From: a virus
Taxonomy: Duplodnaviria; Heunggongvirae; Uroviricota; Caudoviricetes
Virus record (IMG/VR): IMGVR_UViG_3300029095_000201
Coordinates: 1-7,919 of that record
Reading direction: 5' to 3' (one strand)
DNA: 7,919 nucleotides
The translations under genes were made by a program, and so were the position numbers. This document shows positions 1-6,242 of this stretch, one piece after another; position 1 is the stretch's first letter; each line of letters opens with the position of its first letter. Below the pieces are notes generated by a model. The model was not told where the DNA came from, did not search any database, and saw nothing but the letters and a program-made list of their open reading frames with translations.

Positions 1-377
1 CGAAAACAGCCATCAATGAAGCCCTGCGCAGAATGAAAAAAGCGGGAATAGAGAAAGCTGAGCTGGAAGCGTTTTTGCGAGAGATGATCAACGGCAAGCA
101 AAAGAGCTGGCTGGCGCATTGTACTGATGCAGAGGCGTTATGTATTGATCGAGTCATAAGTGAGGTGCTGGCAGAGCATCCTGGATTGATTAGTGTCCTC
201 CGGCAACGGTATGAAGGACGGGGGATGACTAAGCGCAAAATGGCTGAATTGCTAAATGATGCACATCCTGAGTGGTGTTTTAGCACATGCGAAAAGCGAA
301 TTGCTAATTGGTTGGCTGTTGCTGAGTATGCCCTATATATTCCCATGCGAGAATCATTTGCTCAAAAAATAGCTTGA
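1..377 (+). CDS. Putative late-gene antiterminator (Q-like), C-terminal portion; 5' end truncated by the window edge
   Basis: The frame of the listed ORF 33-377 stays open back to base 3, so the gene begins upstream of the window. The call rests on position (immediately upstream of a terminator-containing leader and the lysis cassette), not on recognised sequence; I do not recognise the Q family from this C-terminus. Confidence 0.45.
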   Translation, partial: KTAINEALRRMKKAGIEKAELEAFLREMINGKQKSWLAHCTDAEALCIDRVISEVLAEHPGLISVLRQRYEGRGMTKRKMAELLNDAHPEWCFSTCEKRIANWLAVAEYALYIPMRESFAQKIA

Positions 378-402
378 TTTTTTACGCATAAACTGCTTCA
401 AT
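374..402 (+). promoter_or_regulatory. Candidate late promoter (PR-prime-like): -35 TTGATT (374-379), 17-bp spacer, -10 TTCAAT (397-402)
   Basis: Hexamers read directly from the sequence, overlapping the stop codon of the upstream ORF. The -10 is a weak match (4/6). Placement fits the lambdoid arrangement where the late promoter lies just after Q and before a terminator. Confidence 0.2.
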
Positions 403-460
403 TCCGGTATGCTTCGCAAAGCTGTATCGCGAGGCGAACCAAGCGCATGAACTTTACCAG

Positions 461-490
461 AACCCGCCATTGAGCGGGTTTTGTTGTTTC
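461..490 (+). terminator. Rho-independent terminator (tR-prime-like) downstream of the Q-like gene
   Basis: 7-bp stem AACCCGC (461-467) / GCGGGTT (474-480), 6-nt loop CATTGA, followed by the T-rich tract TTGTTGTTTC (481-490). The reverse strand lacks a U-tract, so it is + strand only. Confidence 0.6.
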
Positions 491-561
491 TGGTACTGGT
501 GAACCTGATGTTTCATTTCTGGAGCGCGATTCCTGGCGGAATACCTAGAATCGAGACATTC

Positions 562-570
562 TGGTAAAAT
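562..570 (+). promoter_or_regulatory. Candidate extended -10 promoter element (TGgTAAAAT) for the downstream cargo gene
   Basis: TG at 562-563 and TAAAAT at 565-570, about 30 nt upstream of the start at 599, downstream of the 461-490 terminator. No good -35, which is tolerated with extended -10 elements. Sequence-only prediction. Confidence 0.3.
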
Positions 571-598
571 TGTTTTCAGTACAGGATGTGGAGGTGAG

Positions 599-1168
599 AT
601 GAGAGAACTACCTAAAGATTATTTTTTAGGAGTAGATGATGAGCTCGTCGATTATCTTGAAAAACAAGGGGAAGAGACGATACGAGAGATTCATCTTTCT
701 AACAAAACCAATGTTGAGAATGGATACAAACTTCTGAACATTCAGATTGTTGGAATTGGTTCATCTTTTTTATTGCTGACACAGAAAACTAATTTCGATT
801 TTCTCACCGCCGGAATTACCACATTTACATTACTATGGACATGGTGCGCCATTTACTTGGTATGTACTGGTTTATCTGTGAAGGTTAGGGGCCTGATCAA
901 TGCCCCTCCTGATCATATATATCATGAAAAATATAAGGATATGGAGCCCTCGAGCTTTAAAATATTCGCTGATGCAGGATATTTAGGACCTGATAAGTTA
1001 TTGCCGCTTATACGAAGGTATCGCCTTGTTGACTTGAGTGATACAGCAAGAGAGTTACTGTTGGAAAATGAGAAAATCCGCACGAGTCTCGATAAAGCAA
1101 GGATGTATACCATCCTTGCTCCGGTAGCGGCGATGTTTATCTCGGCTGTTTTTTTATATGTTCAATGA
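599..1168 (+). CDS. Hypothetical integral membrane protein, 189 aa, cargo (moron) gene between Q and the holin
   Basis: ATG at 599 preceded by a strong SD GGAGG (590-594, 4-nt spacer). The translation has three hydrophobic helix-length segments (IQIVGIGSSFLLL; FLTAGITTFTLLWTWCAIYLVCTGL; C-terminal MYTILAPVAAMFISAVFLYV) with a charged N-terminus and a roughly 80-aa charged segment between helices 2 and 3. Visibly AT-rich relative to the flanking lysis genes. No family recognised. Confidence 0.6.
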   Translation: MRELPKDYFLGVDDELVDYLEKQGEETIREIHLSNKTNVENGYKLLNIQIVGIGSSFLLLTQKTNFDFLTAGITTFTLLWTWCAIYLVCTGLSVKVRGLINAPPDHIYHEKYKDMEPSSFKIFADAGYLGPDKLLPLIRRYRLVDLSDTARELLLENEKIRTSLDKARMYTILAPVAAMFISAVFLYVQ

Positions 1169-1298
1169 CTGAGTCGGCAGAATCTCCAACAAAAACACGA
1201 CGTGTAGCAAAGTCTGTAGTACTTTGTGTTGGAGTTGGTTTTGGTGCCACGGGTTGCTGAGGTTTATTTTCACCTTGTGGTTTGTTTTTTTCAGACAT
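1137..1298 (-). CDS. Small hypothetical protein, 53 aa (MSEKNKPQGENKPQQPVAPKPTPTQSTTDFATRRVFVGDSADSVIEHIKKQPR), convergent with and overlapping the 3' end of the 599-1168 gene
   Basis: Internal ATG (complement of 1296-1298) within the listed 130-aa minus ORF, preceded by a strong SD AAGAGGA (complement of 1303-1309, about 4-nt spacer). Pro/Gln-rich hydrophilic N-terminus, no hydrophobic segment. Overlaps the + strand gene by 32 bp (1137-1168). No family recognised; could be a chance ORF in a 3' UTR. Confidence 0.4.
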   Translation of the reverse strand: MSEKNKPQGENKPQQPVAPKPTPTQSTTDFATRRVFVGDSADSVIEHIKKQPR

Positions 1299-1392
1299 AA
1301 AAATCCTCTTTGTTTGAATTGTTACTTTTGGCGATTTAACGATATCAAACACGAGTATATACCGCCAGAAGCTTAATCTGGCACTCCATCTG

Positions 1393-1420
1393 GCCCCGGC
1401 ATGTCCCGGGGCTTTTTCGT
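1393..1420 (+). terminator. Rho-independent terminator between the cargo locus and the holin gene
   Basis: GC-rich 7-bp stem GCCCCGG (1393-1399) / CCGGGGC (1406-1412), 6-nt loop CATGTC, followed by TTTTT (1413-1417). The reverse strand has no U-tract after the stem. Confidence 0.55.
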
Positions 1421-1515
1421 TGTTAGGCTCTGGAAACATCCTCGACTTCTTGTTAGCAAGCCTGAGAGCCTGAATCTTACACTTAGCACCATCCGAACTC
1501 TCGGAGGTGAGGCTT

Positions 1516-1857
1516 ATGAAAATGCACAATGCCCCTCATTCCTGGCCTGACTTACTGGAACTCTTACAAAGTTGGTGGCGTGGAGATACGCCGCTGGGTG
1601 CAGTGGTTATGTCAATTATTATGGCTGGTTTGCGCATTGCCTATTTTGGCGGTGGCGGCGGCTGGAAACGAAAAACGCTTGAGATTCTGCTTTGTGGTGC
1701 TCTGACGCTGACCTTTGCATCCGCGCTTGAGTATGTCGGATGGCCTAAATCACTTTCTGTTGCCATTGGTGGTGGGGTGGGGCTGATTGGTGTTGATGCT
1801 ATTCGTGGTGCGGCAATGAGGGTCATCGGTAACAAGTTCGGTGCCCATAAGGAGTAA
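1516..1857 (+). CDS. S: Holin, class I (three predicted TM segments), lambda S-like with a Met-Lys-Met dual-start motif
   Basis: Sits immediately upstream of the endolysin gene. SD GGAGG at 1503-1507. Begins MKMHN..., i.e. two in-frame Met codons separated by Lys as in the lambda S107/S105 holin/antiholin pair (from memory). Three hydrophobic segments and a charged C-terminal tail. I prefer ATG 1516 over the GTG 1507 of the ORF track because GTG 1507 overlaps the SD. Confidence 0.8.
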   Translation: MKMHNAPHSWPDLLELLQSWWRGDTPLGAVVMSIIMAGLRIAYFGGGGGWKRKTLEILLCGALTLTFASALEYVGWPKSLSVAIGGGVGLIGVDAIRGAAMRVIGNKFGAHKE

Positions 1858-1860
1858 TTA

Positions 1861-2337
1861 ATGCAGACACTTAATTCCCAGCGTAAAGCTTTCCTTGATA
1901 TGGTGGCATGGTCAGAAGGAACAGATAACGGACGGCAGAAAACCAGAAATCACGGTTATGATGTTATTGTCGGTGGCGAACTGTTCACTGATTACTCCGA
2001 TCACCCCCGCAAACTTGTCACGCTAAATCCGAAACTCAAATCAACAGCCGCTGGACGTTACCAGCTTCTTTCACGCTGGTGGGATGCCTACCGCAAGCAA
2101 CTTGGCCTGAAAGATTTTTCTCCAGAAAGTCAGGATGCTGTAGCGCTGCAGCAGATTAAAGAGCGTGGCGCTTTGCCGATGATTGATCGCGGTGATATCC
2201 GTCAGGCTATCGACCGTTGCAGCAATATATGGGCTTCACTGCCGGGCGCTGGTTATGGTCAGTTCGAGCATAAGGCTGACAGTCTGATTGCAAAATTCAA
2301 AGAAGCTGGCGGAACGGTCAGAGAGATTGAGGTATGA
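1861..2337 (+). CDS. R: Endolysin R (lambda-type lytic transglycosylase), 158 aa
   Basis: The translation matches lambda R as I recall it almost residue for residue ([48 protein letters not shown]...). SD AAGGAG at 1848-1853. Stop overlaps the Rz start in an ATGA junction (2334-2337), as in lambda. Confidence 0.9.
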   Translation: MQTLNSQRKAFLDMVAWSEGTDNGRQKTRNHGYDVIVGGELFTDYSDHPRKLVTLNPKLKSTAAGRYQLLSRWWDAYRKQLGLKDFSPESQDAVALQQIKERGALPMIDRGDIRQAIDRCSNIWASLPGAGYGQFEHKADSLIAKFKEAGGTVREIEV

Positions 2338-2793
2338 GCAGAGTAACCGCGATTATCTCCGCTCTGGTTATCTGCATCGTCGTCTGCCTGTCATGGGGTG
2401 TTAATCATTACCGTGATAACGCCATCGCCTACAAAGAACAGCGCGACAAAAATGCCAGAGAACTGAAGCTGGCGAACGCGGCAATTACTGACATGCAGAT
2501 GCGTCAGCGTGATGTTGCTGCGCTCGATGCAAAATACACGAAGGAGTTAGCTGATGCGAAAGCTGAAAATGATGCTCTGCGTGATGATGTTGCCGCTGGT
2601 CGTCGTCGGTTGCACATCAAAGCAGTCTGTNNNNNNNNNNNCCACCACCGCCTCCGGCGTGGATAATGCAGCCTCCCCCCGACTGGCAGACACCGCTGAA
2701 CGGGATTATTTCACCCTCCGGGAACGACTGGTAATGATGCAGGCCCAACTTGAAGGTGCTCAGCAATACATAACCGAGCAGTGTTTAAAGTAA
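2334..2793 (+). CDS. Rz: Spanin Rz (inner-membrane i-spanin); reading frame broken only by the N-run at 2631-2641
   Basis: N-terminal 99 aa ([21 protein letters not shown]...[10 protein letters not shown]) match lambda Rz as recalled. After the N-run the Rz C-terminus ([29 protein letters not shown]...EQCLK) continues in a frame shifted by +1, ending at TAA 2791-2793. The shift is explained if the N-run stands for a different number of bases, not by a real frameshift. Confidence 0.85.
2554..2734 (+). CDS. Rz1: Spanin Rz1 (outer-membrane lipoprotein o-spanin), embedded in the +1 frame of Rz
   Basis: Starts [20 protein letters not shown] with a lipobox (VVGC) and signal peptide. After the N-run the proline-rich C-terminus [29 protein letters not shown] reads in the matching shifted frame, ending at TAA 2732-2734. 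The embedded arrangement is the established lambda Rz/Rz1 architecture. Confidence 0.8.
2631..2641. other. Run of 11 ambiguous bases (N) inside the Rz/Rz1 overlap, i.e. a masked or unresolved stretch
   Basis: Directly visible. Both Rz and Rz1 shift by the same +1 across it, so the true length is congruent to 1 modulo 3 (10, 13, 16...). Comparison with lambda Rz as recalled (AVC-QSVREA-TTASG) suggests 16 nt. Confidence 0.95.
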
Positions 2794-2930
2794 AATCTTA
2801 ACTACAATATGATTCATTTTGATGATTGTTTCATAAGGAACAGTGAAGTAAGATCTAAGAGGAGTTAAATTTTATACAGTATAATCATAATATTGCAGCA
2901 AGGTGGTTATAATTGAAAGAATATTTAGAT

Positions 2931-4388
2931 ATGAATACATCTCATGTAAGAGTTGTTACTCATATGTGTGGGTTCCTGGTTTGGCTCTATAGTCTTTCAA
3001 TGTTGCCACCAATGGTTGTAGCATTGTTTTATAAAGAAAAAAGCCTGTTCGTTTTCTTTATAACTTTCGTTATATTTTTTTGCATTGGTGGCGGAGCGTG
3101 GTATACAACTAAGAAATCTGGCATTCAATTACGTACCCGTGATGGGTTTATTATAATTGTAATGTTTTGGATTTTGTTTTCTGTTATTAGTGCATTCCCT
3201 TTATGGATTGACTCAGAACTTAATTTAACGTTCATTGATGCTCTGTTTGAAGGGGTTTCTGGAATAACAACAACAGGAGCAACTGTAATTGATGATGTTA
3301 GTTCATTACCTCGGGCATATTTGTACTATCGGTCACAGTTAAATTTTATAGGTGGTTTAGGAGTTATTGTTCTGGCGGTTGCTGTATTGCCATTATTGGG
3401 TATTGGTGGTGCAAAGCTTTATCAGTCAGAAATGCCGGGGCCATTTAAGGATGACAAACTCACTCCCCGCCTGGCCGATACGTCACGGACACTGTGGATA
3501 ACTTATTCTTTATTAGGTATTGCTTGTATTGTCTGTTATAGACTTGCAGGAATGCCTTTGTTTGATGCTATTTGTCACGGGATTTCCACAGTTTCGCTTG
3601 GTGGTTTCTCAACTCATAGCGAGAGTATCGGATATTTTAATAACTATTTGGTTGAGCTGGTGGCTGGTTCTTTTTCCCTGCTATCGGCTTTCAACTTCAC
3701 TCTTTGGTATATTGTTATTAGCAGGAAAACGATAAAACCTTTAATCAGAGATATTGAACTTCGTTTCTTTCTGTTAATAGCCTTAGGGGTGATCATTGTT
3801 ACCTCTTTCCAGGTCTGGCATATAGGTATGTATGACTTGCATGGAAGTTTTATTCATTCGTTTTTTCTTGCCAGCTCCATGCTCACTGATAATGGTTTAG
3901 CTACGCAGGATTATGCAAGTTGGCCCACGCACACGATAGTGTTTTTGCTGTTGTCAAGTTTCTTTGGGGGATGTATAGGTTCAACTTGTGGTGGAATTAA
4001 GTCACTTCGATTTCTTATACTTTTCAAACAAAGCAAACACGAGATAAATCAGCTTTCTCATCCCAGAGCGTTGTTGAGTGTAAATGTAGGAGGGAAGATA
4101 GTTACAGATCGTGTAATGAGGTCTGTATGGAGTTTCTTTTTTCTTTATACTCTCTTCACGGTGTTTTTTATACTGGTGTTAAATGGTATGGGATATGATT
4201 TTCTTACATCATTTGCAACAGTGGCTGCATGTATTAATAATATGGGATTAGGTTTTGGGGCTACTGCATCGTCATTCGGAGTGCTTAATGACATTGCAAA
4301 ATGTTTAATGTGCATAGCTATGATTCTTGGTCGCCTTGAAATTTATCCTGTTATTATATTGTTTTCAGGTTTTTTTTGGCGCTCCTAA
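2931..4388 (+). CDS. trkG: Trk-system potassium uptake protein TrkG (TrkH/KtrB family membrane subunit), 485 aa from ATG 2931
   Basis: Multi-pass membrane protein with TrkH-type motifs recognisable against E. coli TrkH as recalled (GITTTGATV, EMPGPFKDDKLTPRLADTSRTLW, GGCIGSTCGGIK, MILGRLEIYPVIILFSGFFWRS). Strongly AT-rich, as described for trkG of the Rac prophage. An alternative TTG start at 2913 has the better SD (AAGGTGG at 2900-2906); ATG 2931 gives the 485-aa length I recall for K-12 TrkG. Confidence 0.9.
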   Translation: MNTSHVRVVTHMCGFLVWLYSLSMLPPMVVALFYKEKSLFVFFITFVIFFCIGGGAWYTTKKSGIQLRTRDGFIIIVMFWILFSVISAFPLWIDSELNLTFIDALFEGVSGITTTGATVIDDVSSLPRAYLYYRSQLNFIGGLGVIVLAVAVLPLLGIGGAKLYQSEMPGPFKDDKLTPRLADTSRTLWITYSLLGIACIVCYRLAGMPLFDAICHGISTVSLGGFSTHSESIGYFNNYLVELVAGSFSLLSAFNFTLWYIVISRKTIKPLIRDIELRFFLLIALGVIIVTSFQVWHIGMYDLHGSFIHSFFLASSMLTDNGLATQDYASWPTHTIVFLLLSSFFGGCIGSTCGGIKSLRFLILFKQSKHEINQLSHPRALLSVNVGGKIVTDRVMRSVWSFFFLYTLFTVFFILVLNGMGYDFLTSFATVAACINNMGLGFGATASSFGVLNDIAKCLMCIAMILGRLEIYPVIILFSGFFWRS

Positions 4389-4474
4389 TATATGGCTGAT
4401 TTATAATTGTGAGTTTAATATTATGTTGACTCACTCATTGATCCAATACCTAACTTTACCAGCAACACCTCCGT

Positions 4475-4510
4475 CCCCAGTAGCACTGGCTGCTGGGGTG
4501 CGTTTTATTC
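4475..4510 (+). terminator. Rho-independent terminator downstream of trkG
   Basis: 10-bp stem CCCCAGTAGC (4475-4484) / GCTGCTGGGG (4489-4498) with one G-U pair, 4-nt loop ACTG, followed by TGCGTTTTATTC. Confidence 0.5.
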
Positions 4511-4525
4511 ATAAAGCAAGGCTGT

Positions 4526-5317
4526 ATGAGCGAGAAATTAAAGATAGTCTATCGCCCATTACAAGAATTGTCACCGTATGCGCACAACGCCAGGACGCAC
4601 AGTACTGAGCAGGTGGCACAACTGGTAGAAAGTATTAAGCAATTCGGCTGGACTAATCCGGTGCTGATTGACGAAAAGGGCGAAATTATTGCGGGTCACG
4701 GTCGTGTTATGGCGGCTGAAATGCTCAAAATGGATTCTGTTCCGGTCATTGTTCTGTCTGGCCTGACGGATGAGCAGAAAAAGGCGTACCGCCTGGCAGA
4801 TAATCGCCTGCCGATGAATGCTGGCTGGGATGAAGATCTGTTGCGGATGGAGCTGTCGGACCTAATCAATGCTGATTTTGATGTCTCCCTGACAGGCTTC
4901 ATCCCGACAGAAATTGATGAACTGTTGACGGATGTTTTGCCCGGTACAGGAAATGAGGAGGAGCCGTATACGACGAAAATTGATACGCCTGTTTATGAGC
5001 CGTCGGGCGGTAAACCGGATATCAGTGAACTGTACGACGATACGAAAACTCAGGAGCTGATCAGCCGGATACGTTCGGCGTCCCTTGAGCCTGATATTGA
5101 GAAATTCCTCCTGTGTGCGGCAGAACGTCACACGGTGTTTAATTTCAGCAGAATTGCGGACTATTACGCTCACGCCCCCTCTGAAATTCAGTGTTTTTTC
5201 GAGGAGTCGGCGCTGGTGATCATTGATTATCAGCAGGCTATTGAAAATGGATTTGTCCGGATGACGCAGCGCATGGTGGAGATCATGCATGGTGGTGAGG
5301 AGGAGGAATATGCGTGA
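4526..5317 (+). CDS. ParB-like nuclease-domain (ParB/sulfiredoxin superfamily) protein, 263 aa, with an uncharacterised acidic C-terminal half
   Basis: N-terminal 100 aa carry the ParB N-domain signature (IVYRPLQELSPYAHNARTHS...; LIDEKGEIIAGHGRVMAA with the GxGR box). Likely the intact counterpart of the short Rac ynaK gene, but I cannot verify identity. The C-terminal 140 aa end in EEEEYA with no recognised domain. Stop overlaps the next gene start by 8 nt. Confidence 0.7.
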   Translation: MSEKLKIVYRPLQELSPYAHNARTHSTEQVAQLVESIKQFGWTNPVLIDEKGEIIAGHGRVMAAEMLKMDSVPVIVLSGLTDEQKKAYRLADNRLPMNAGWDEDLLRMELSDLINADFDVSLTGFIPTEIDELLTDVLPGTGNEEEPYTTKIDTPVYEPSGGKPDISELYDDTKTQELISRIRSASLEPDIEKFLLCAAERHTVFNFSRIADYYAHAPSEIQCFFEESALVIIDYQQAIENGFVRMTQRMVEIMHGGEEEEYA

Positions 5318-6242
5318 TGATTTTTGCGCCTTTATTCTGACTCACGGGCGACCGGACAAAGTTCTGACTTACCGGACGTTGCGTCGTGCTGGCTATACCG
5401 GGAAAATTTTTATCGTTGTTGATGATGAAGATAAGACACGGCATCAGTACATGGCTGAATTTGGTGAACAGGTGCTGGTGTTTTCCAAAGCCGATATCGC
5501 CAGTCGTTTTGACGAAGCCGATAATTTCTGTGACCGCCGCTCAATTTTTTACGCCCGTAATGCCTGTTTCGACCTGGCAAAACTGGTCGGGTGTAAATAC
5601 TTCATTCAGCTCGATGATGATTATCACGAGTTCCAGTTTCGGGTGGATCGCAACTATGACCAGGCCTATTTTCCGATAAGGAAACTGGATGCGATCCTTT
5701 CTGAAATGCTGGCGTACTACGAATCAATACCTGCTCTTTCCATCGCTATGTCGCAGGGCGGGGATTTTCTTGGTGACAATGGCGGCCATGCTTCGTGGGT
5801 GAAACGCAAGGCAATGAACAGCTTTATCTGTTCGGTTGATCGACCGTTCTCATTCATGGGGCGCATTAACGAGGATGTGAATACGTACACGAATCTCGGT
5901 CGCTGTGGTGAATTGTTTATGACGATCGGTGCTGTCCAGTTAGGGCAGAAACAGACGCAGAAAAACAGCGGCGGAATGACCGAGCTGTATCTGGATTCCG
6001 GAACCTACGTTAAAAGTTTTTACTCCGTCATGTATGCGCCGTCGTGCGTAAAAATCTCACTGATGGGTGCCAGCCATAAACGCATTCACCATCAGGTCAC
6101 CTGGAACAACGCTGCAGTAAAAATCCTTCACGAAAAATACAGGAAGAAGACACCCTGCATATCAATGGGGGTGACAAATGATTCCGTATTCGAAAGTCGA
6201 GTCTCTGGCAGCGTGCCGGATGACTGCACAACAAATCGCTGA
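5310..6242 (+). CDS. Hypothetical protein with GT-A-like features (putative nucleotide-sugar-dependent glycosyltransferase), 310 aa from ATG 5310
   Basis: Start ATG 5310 chosen over the track's 5289 because of the SD run GAGGAGGAGG (5297-5306). The N-terminus has a strand-loop-helix-strand pattern (CAFILTHGRPD ... KIFIVVDDEDKT) and a later acidic triplet (YFIQLDDDY) resembling the GT-A DxD metal/sugar-nucleotide site. No hydrophobic membrane segments. Fold assignment is inference from motifs only. Confidence 0.5.
   Translation: MRDDFCAFILTHGRPDKVLTYRTLRRAGYTGKIFIVVDDEDKTRHQYMAEFGEQVLVFSKADIASRFDEADNFCDRRSIFYARNACFDLAKLVGCKYFIQLDDDYHEFQFRVDRNYDQAYFPIRKLDAILSEMLAYYESIPALSIAMSQGGDFLGDNGGHASWVKRKAMNSFICSVDRPFSFMGRINEDVNTYTNLGRCGELFMTIGAVQLGQKQTQKNSGGMTELYLDSGTYVKSFYSVMYAPSCVKISLMGASHKRIHHQVTWNNAAVKILHEKYRKKTPCISMGVTNDSVFESRVSGSVPDDCTTNR

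Noticed and set aside
378-598. Possible tRNA genes between the Q-like gene and the cargo gene, as in Shiga-toxin phages
   Set aside because: No cloverleaf-compatible sequence and no conserved T-loop motif (GTTCGAATC-like) found by eye. The region is better explained as promoter, terminator and leader.
922-1113. 63-aa minus-strand ORF inside the 599-1168 gene
   Set aside because: Entirely antisense to a better-supported gene, with no SD and low-complexity translation. Likely a chance ORF in AT-rich sequence.
1507-1515. GTG at 1507 as the holin start (track start, MRLMKM...)
   Set aside because: GTG 1507 overlaps the SD GGAGG itself (1503-1507), so it cannot be served by it. ATG 1516 has proper spacing and yields the MKM dual-start motif. 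A third upstream start is not excluded.
1137-1529. Full 130-aa minus-strand ORF as listed in the track
   Set aside because: Its upstream 77 codons run through the + strand terminator hairpin and the holin SD region and have no SD of their own. The internal ATG at 1296-1298 has a strong SD, so only the 53-aa version (1137-1298) is reported.
1641-1835. 64-aa minus-strand ORF antisense to the holin gene
   Set aside because: Lies wholly within the holin coding region on the opposite strand; the Pro-rich translation is the mirror of the Gly-rich holin codons.
2334-2666. 110-aa truncated Rz and 79-aa chimeric ORF (2554-2793) as separate genes, or Rz as a pseudogene
   Set aside because: Both are artefacts of the 11-N run changing the frame. 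The flanking sequence encodes complete Rz and Rz1 once the gap is allowed a length congruent to 1 modulo 3.
2913-2930. TTG 2913 as the trkG start (adds MKEYLD)
   Set aside because: Not fully rejected. It has the better SD, but ATG 2931 gives the 485-aa length I recall for TrkG, so the ATG is reported and the TTG noted as an alternative.
3520-3735. 71-aa + strand ORF in an alternative frame inside trkG
   Set aside because: Nested within a strongly supported gene; no SD and a low-complexity hydrophobic translation typical of off-frame reading of membrane-protein codons.
4327-4608. 93-aa + strand ORF spanning the trkG 3' end, the terminator and the ParB-like start
   Set aside because: Crosses a predicted terminator hairpin and overlaps two better-supported genes in other frames.
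4696-5290. Minus-strand ORFs 4696-4902 (68 aa) and 4862-5290 (142 aa) antisense to the ParB-like gene
   Set aside because: Antisense to a gene with recognisable domain motifs; Arg/Ser-rich low-complexity translations and no SDs.
5289-5309. ATG 5289 as the start of the GT-A-like gene (track start, MVVRRRN...)
   Set aside because: The codons 5292-5309 are the GAGGAGGAGG SD run itself; ATG 5310 is correctly spaced downstream of it.
5386-5679. 97-aa + strand ORF in an alternative frame inside the GT-A-like gene
   Set aside because: Nested off-frame ORF with no SD; the main frame carries the motif evidence.
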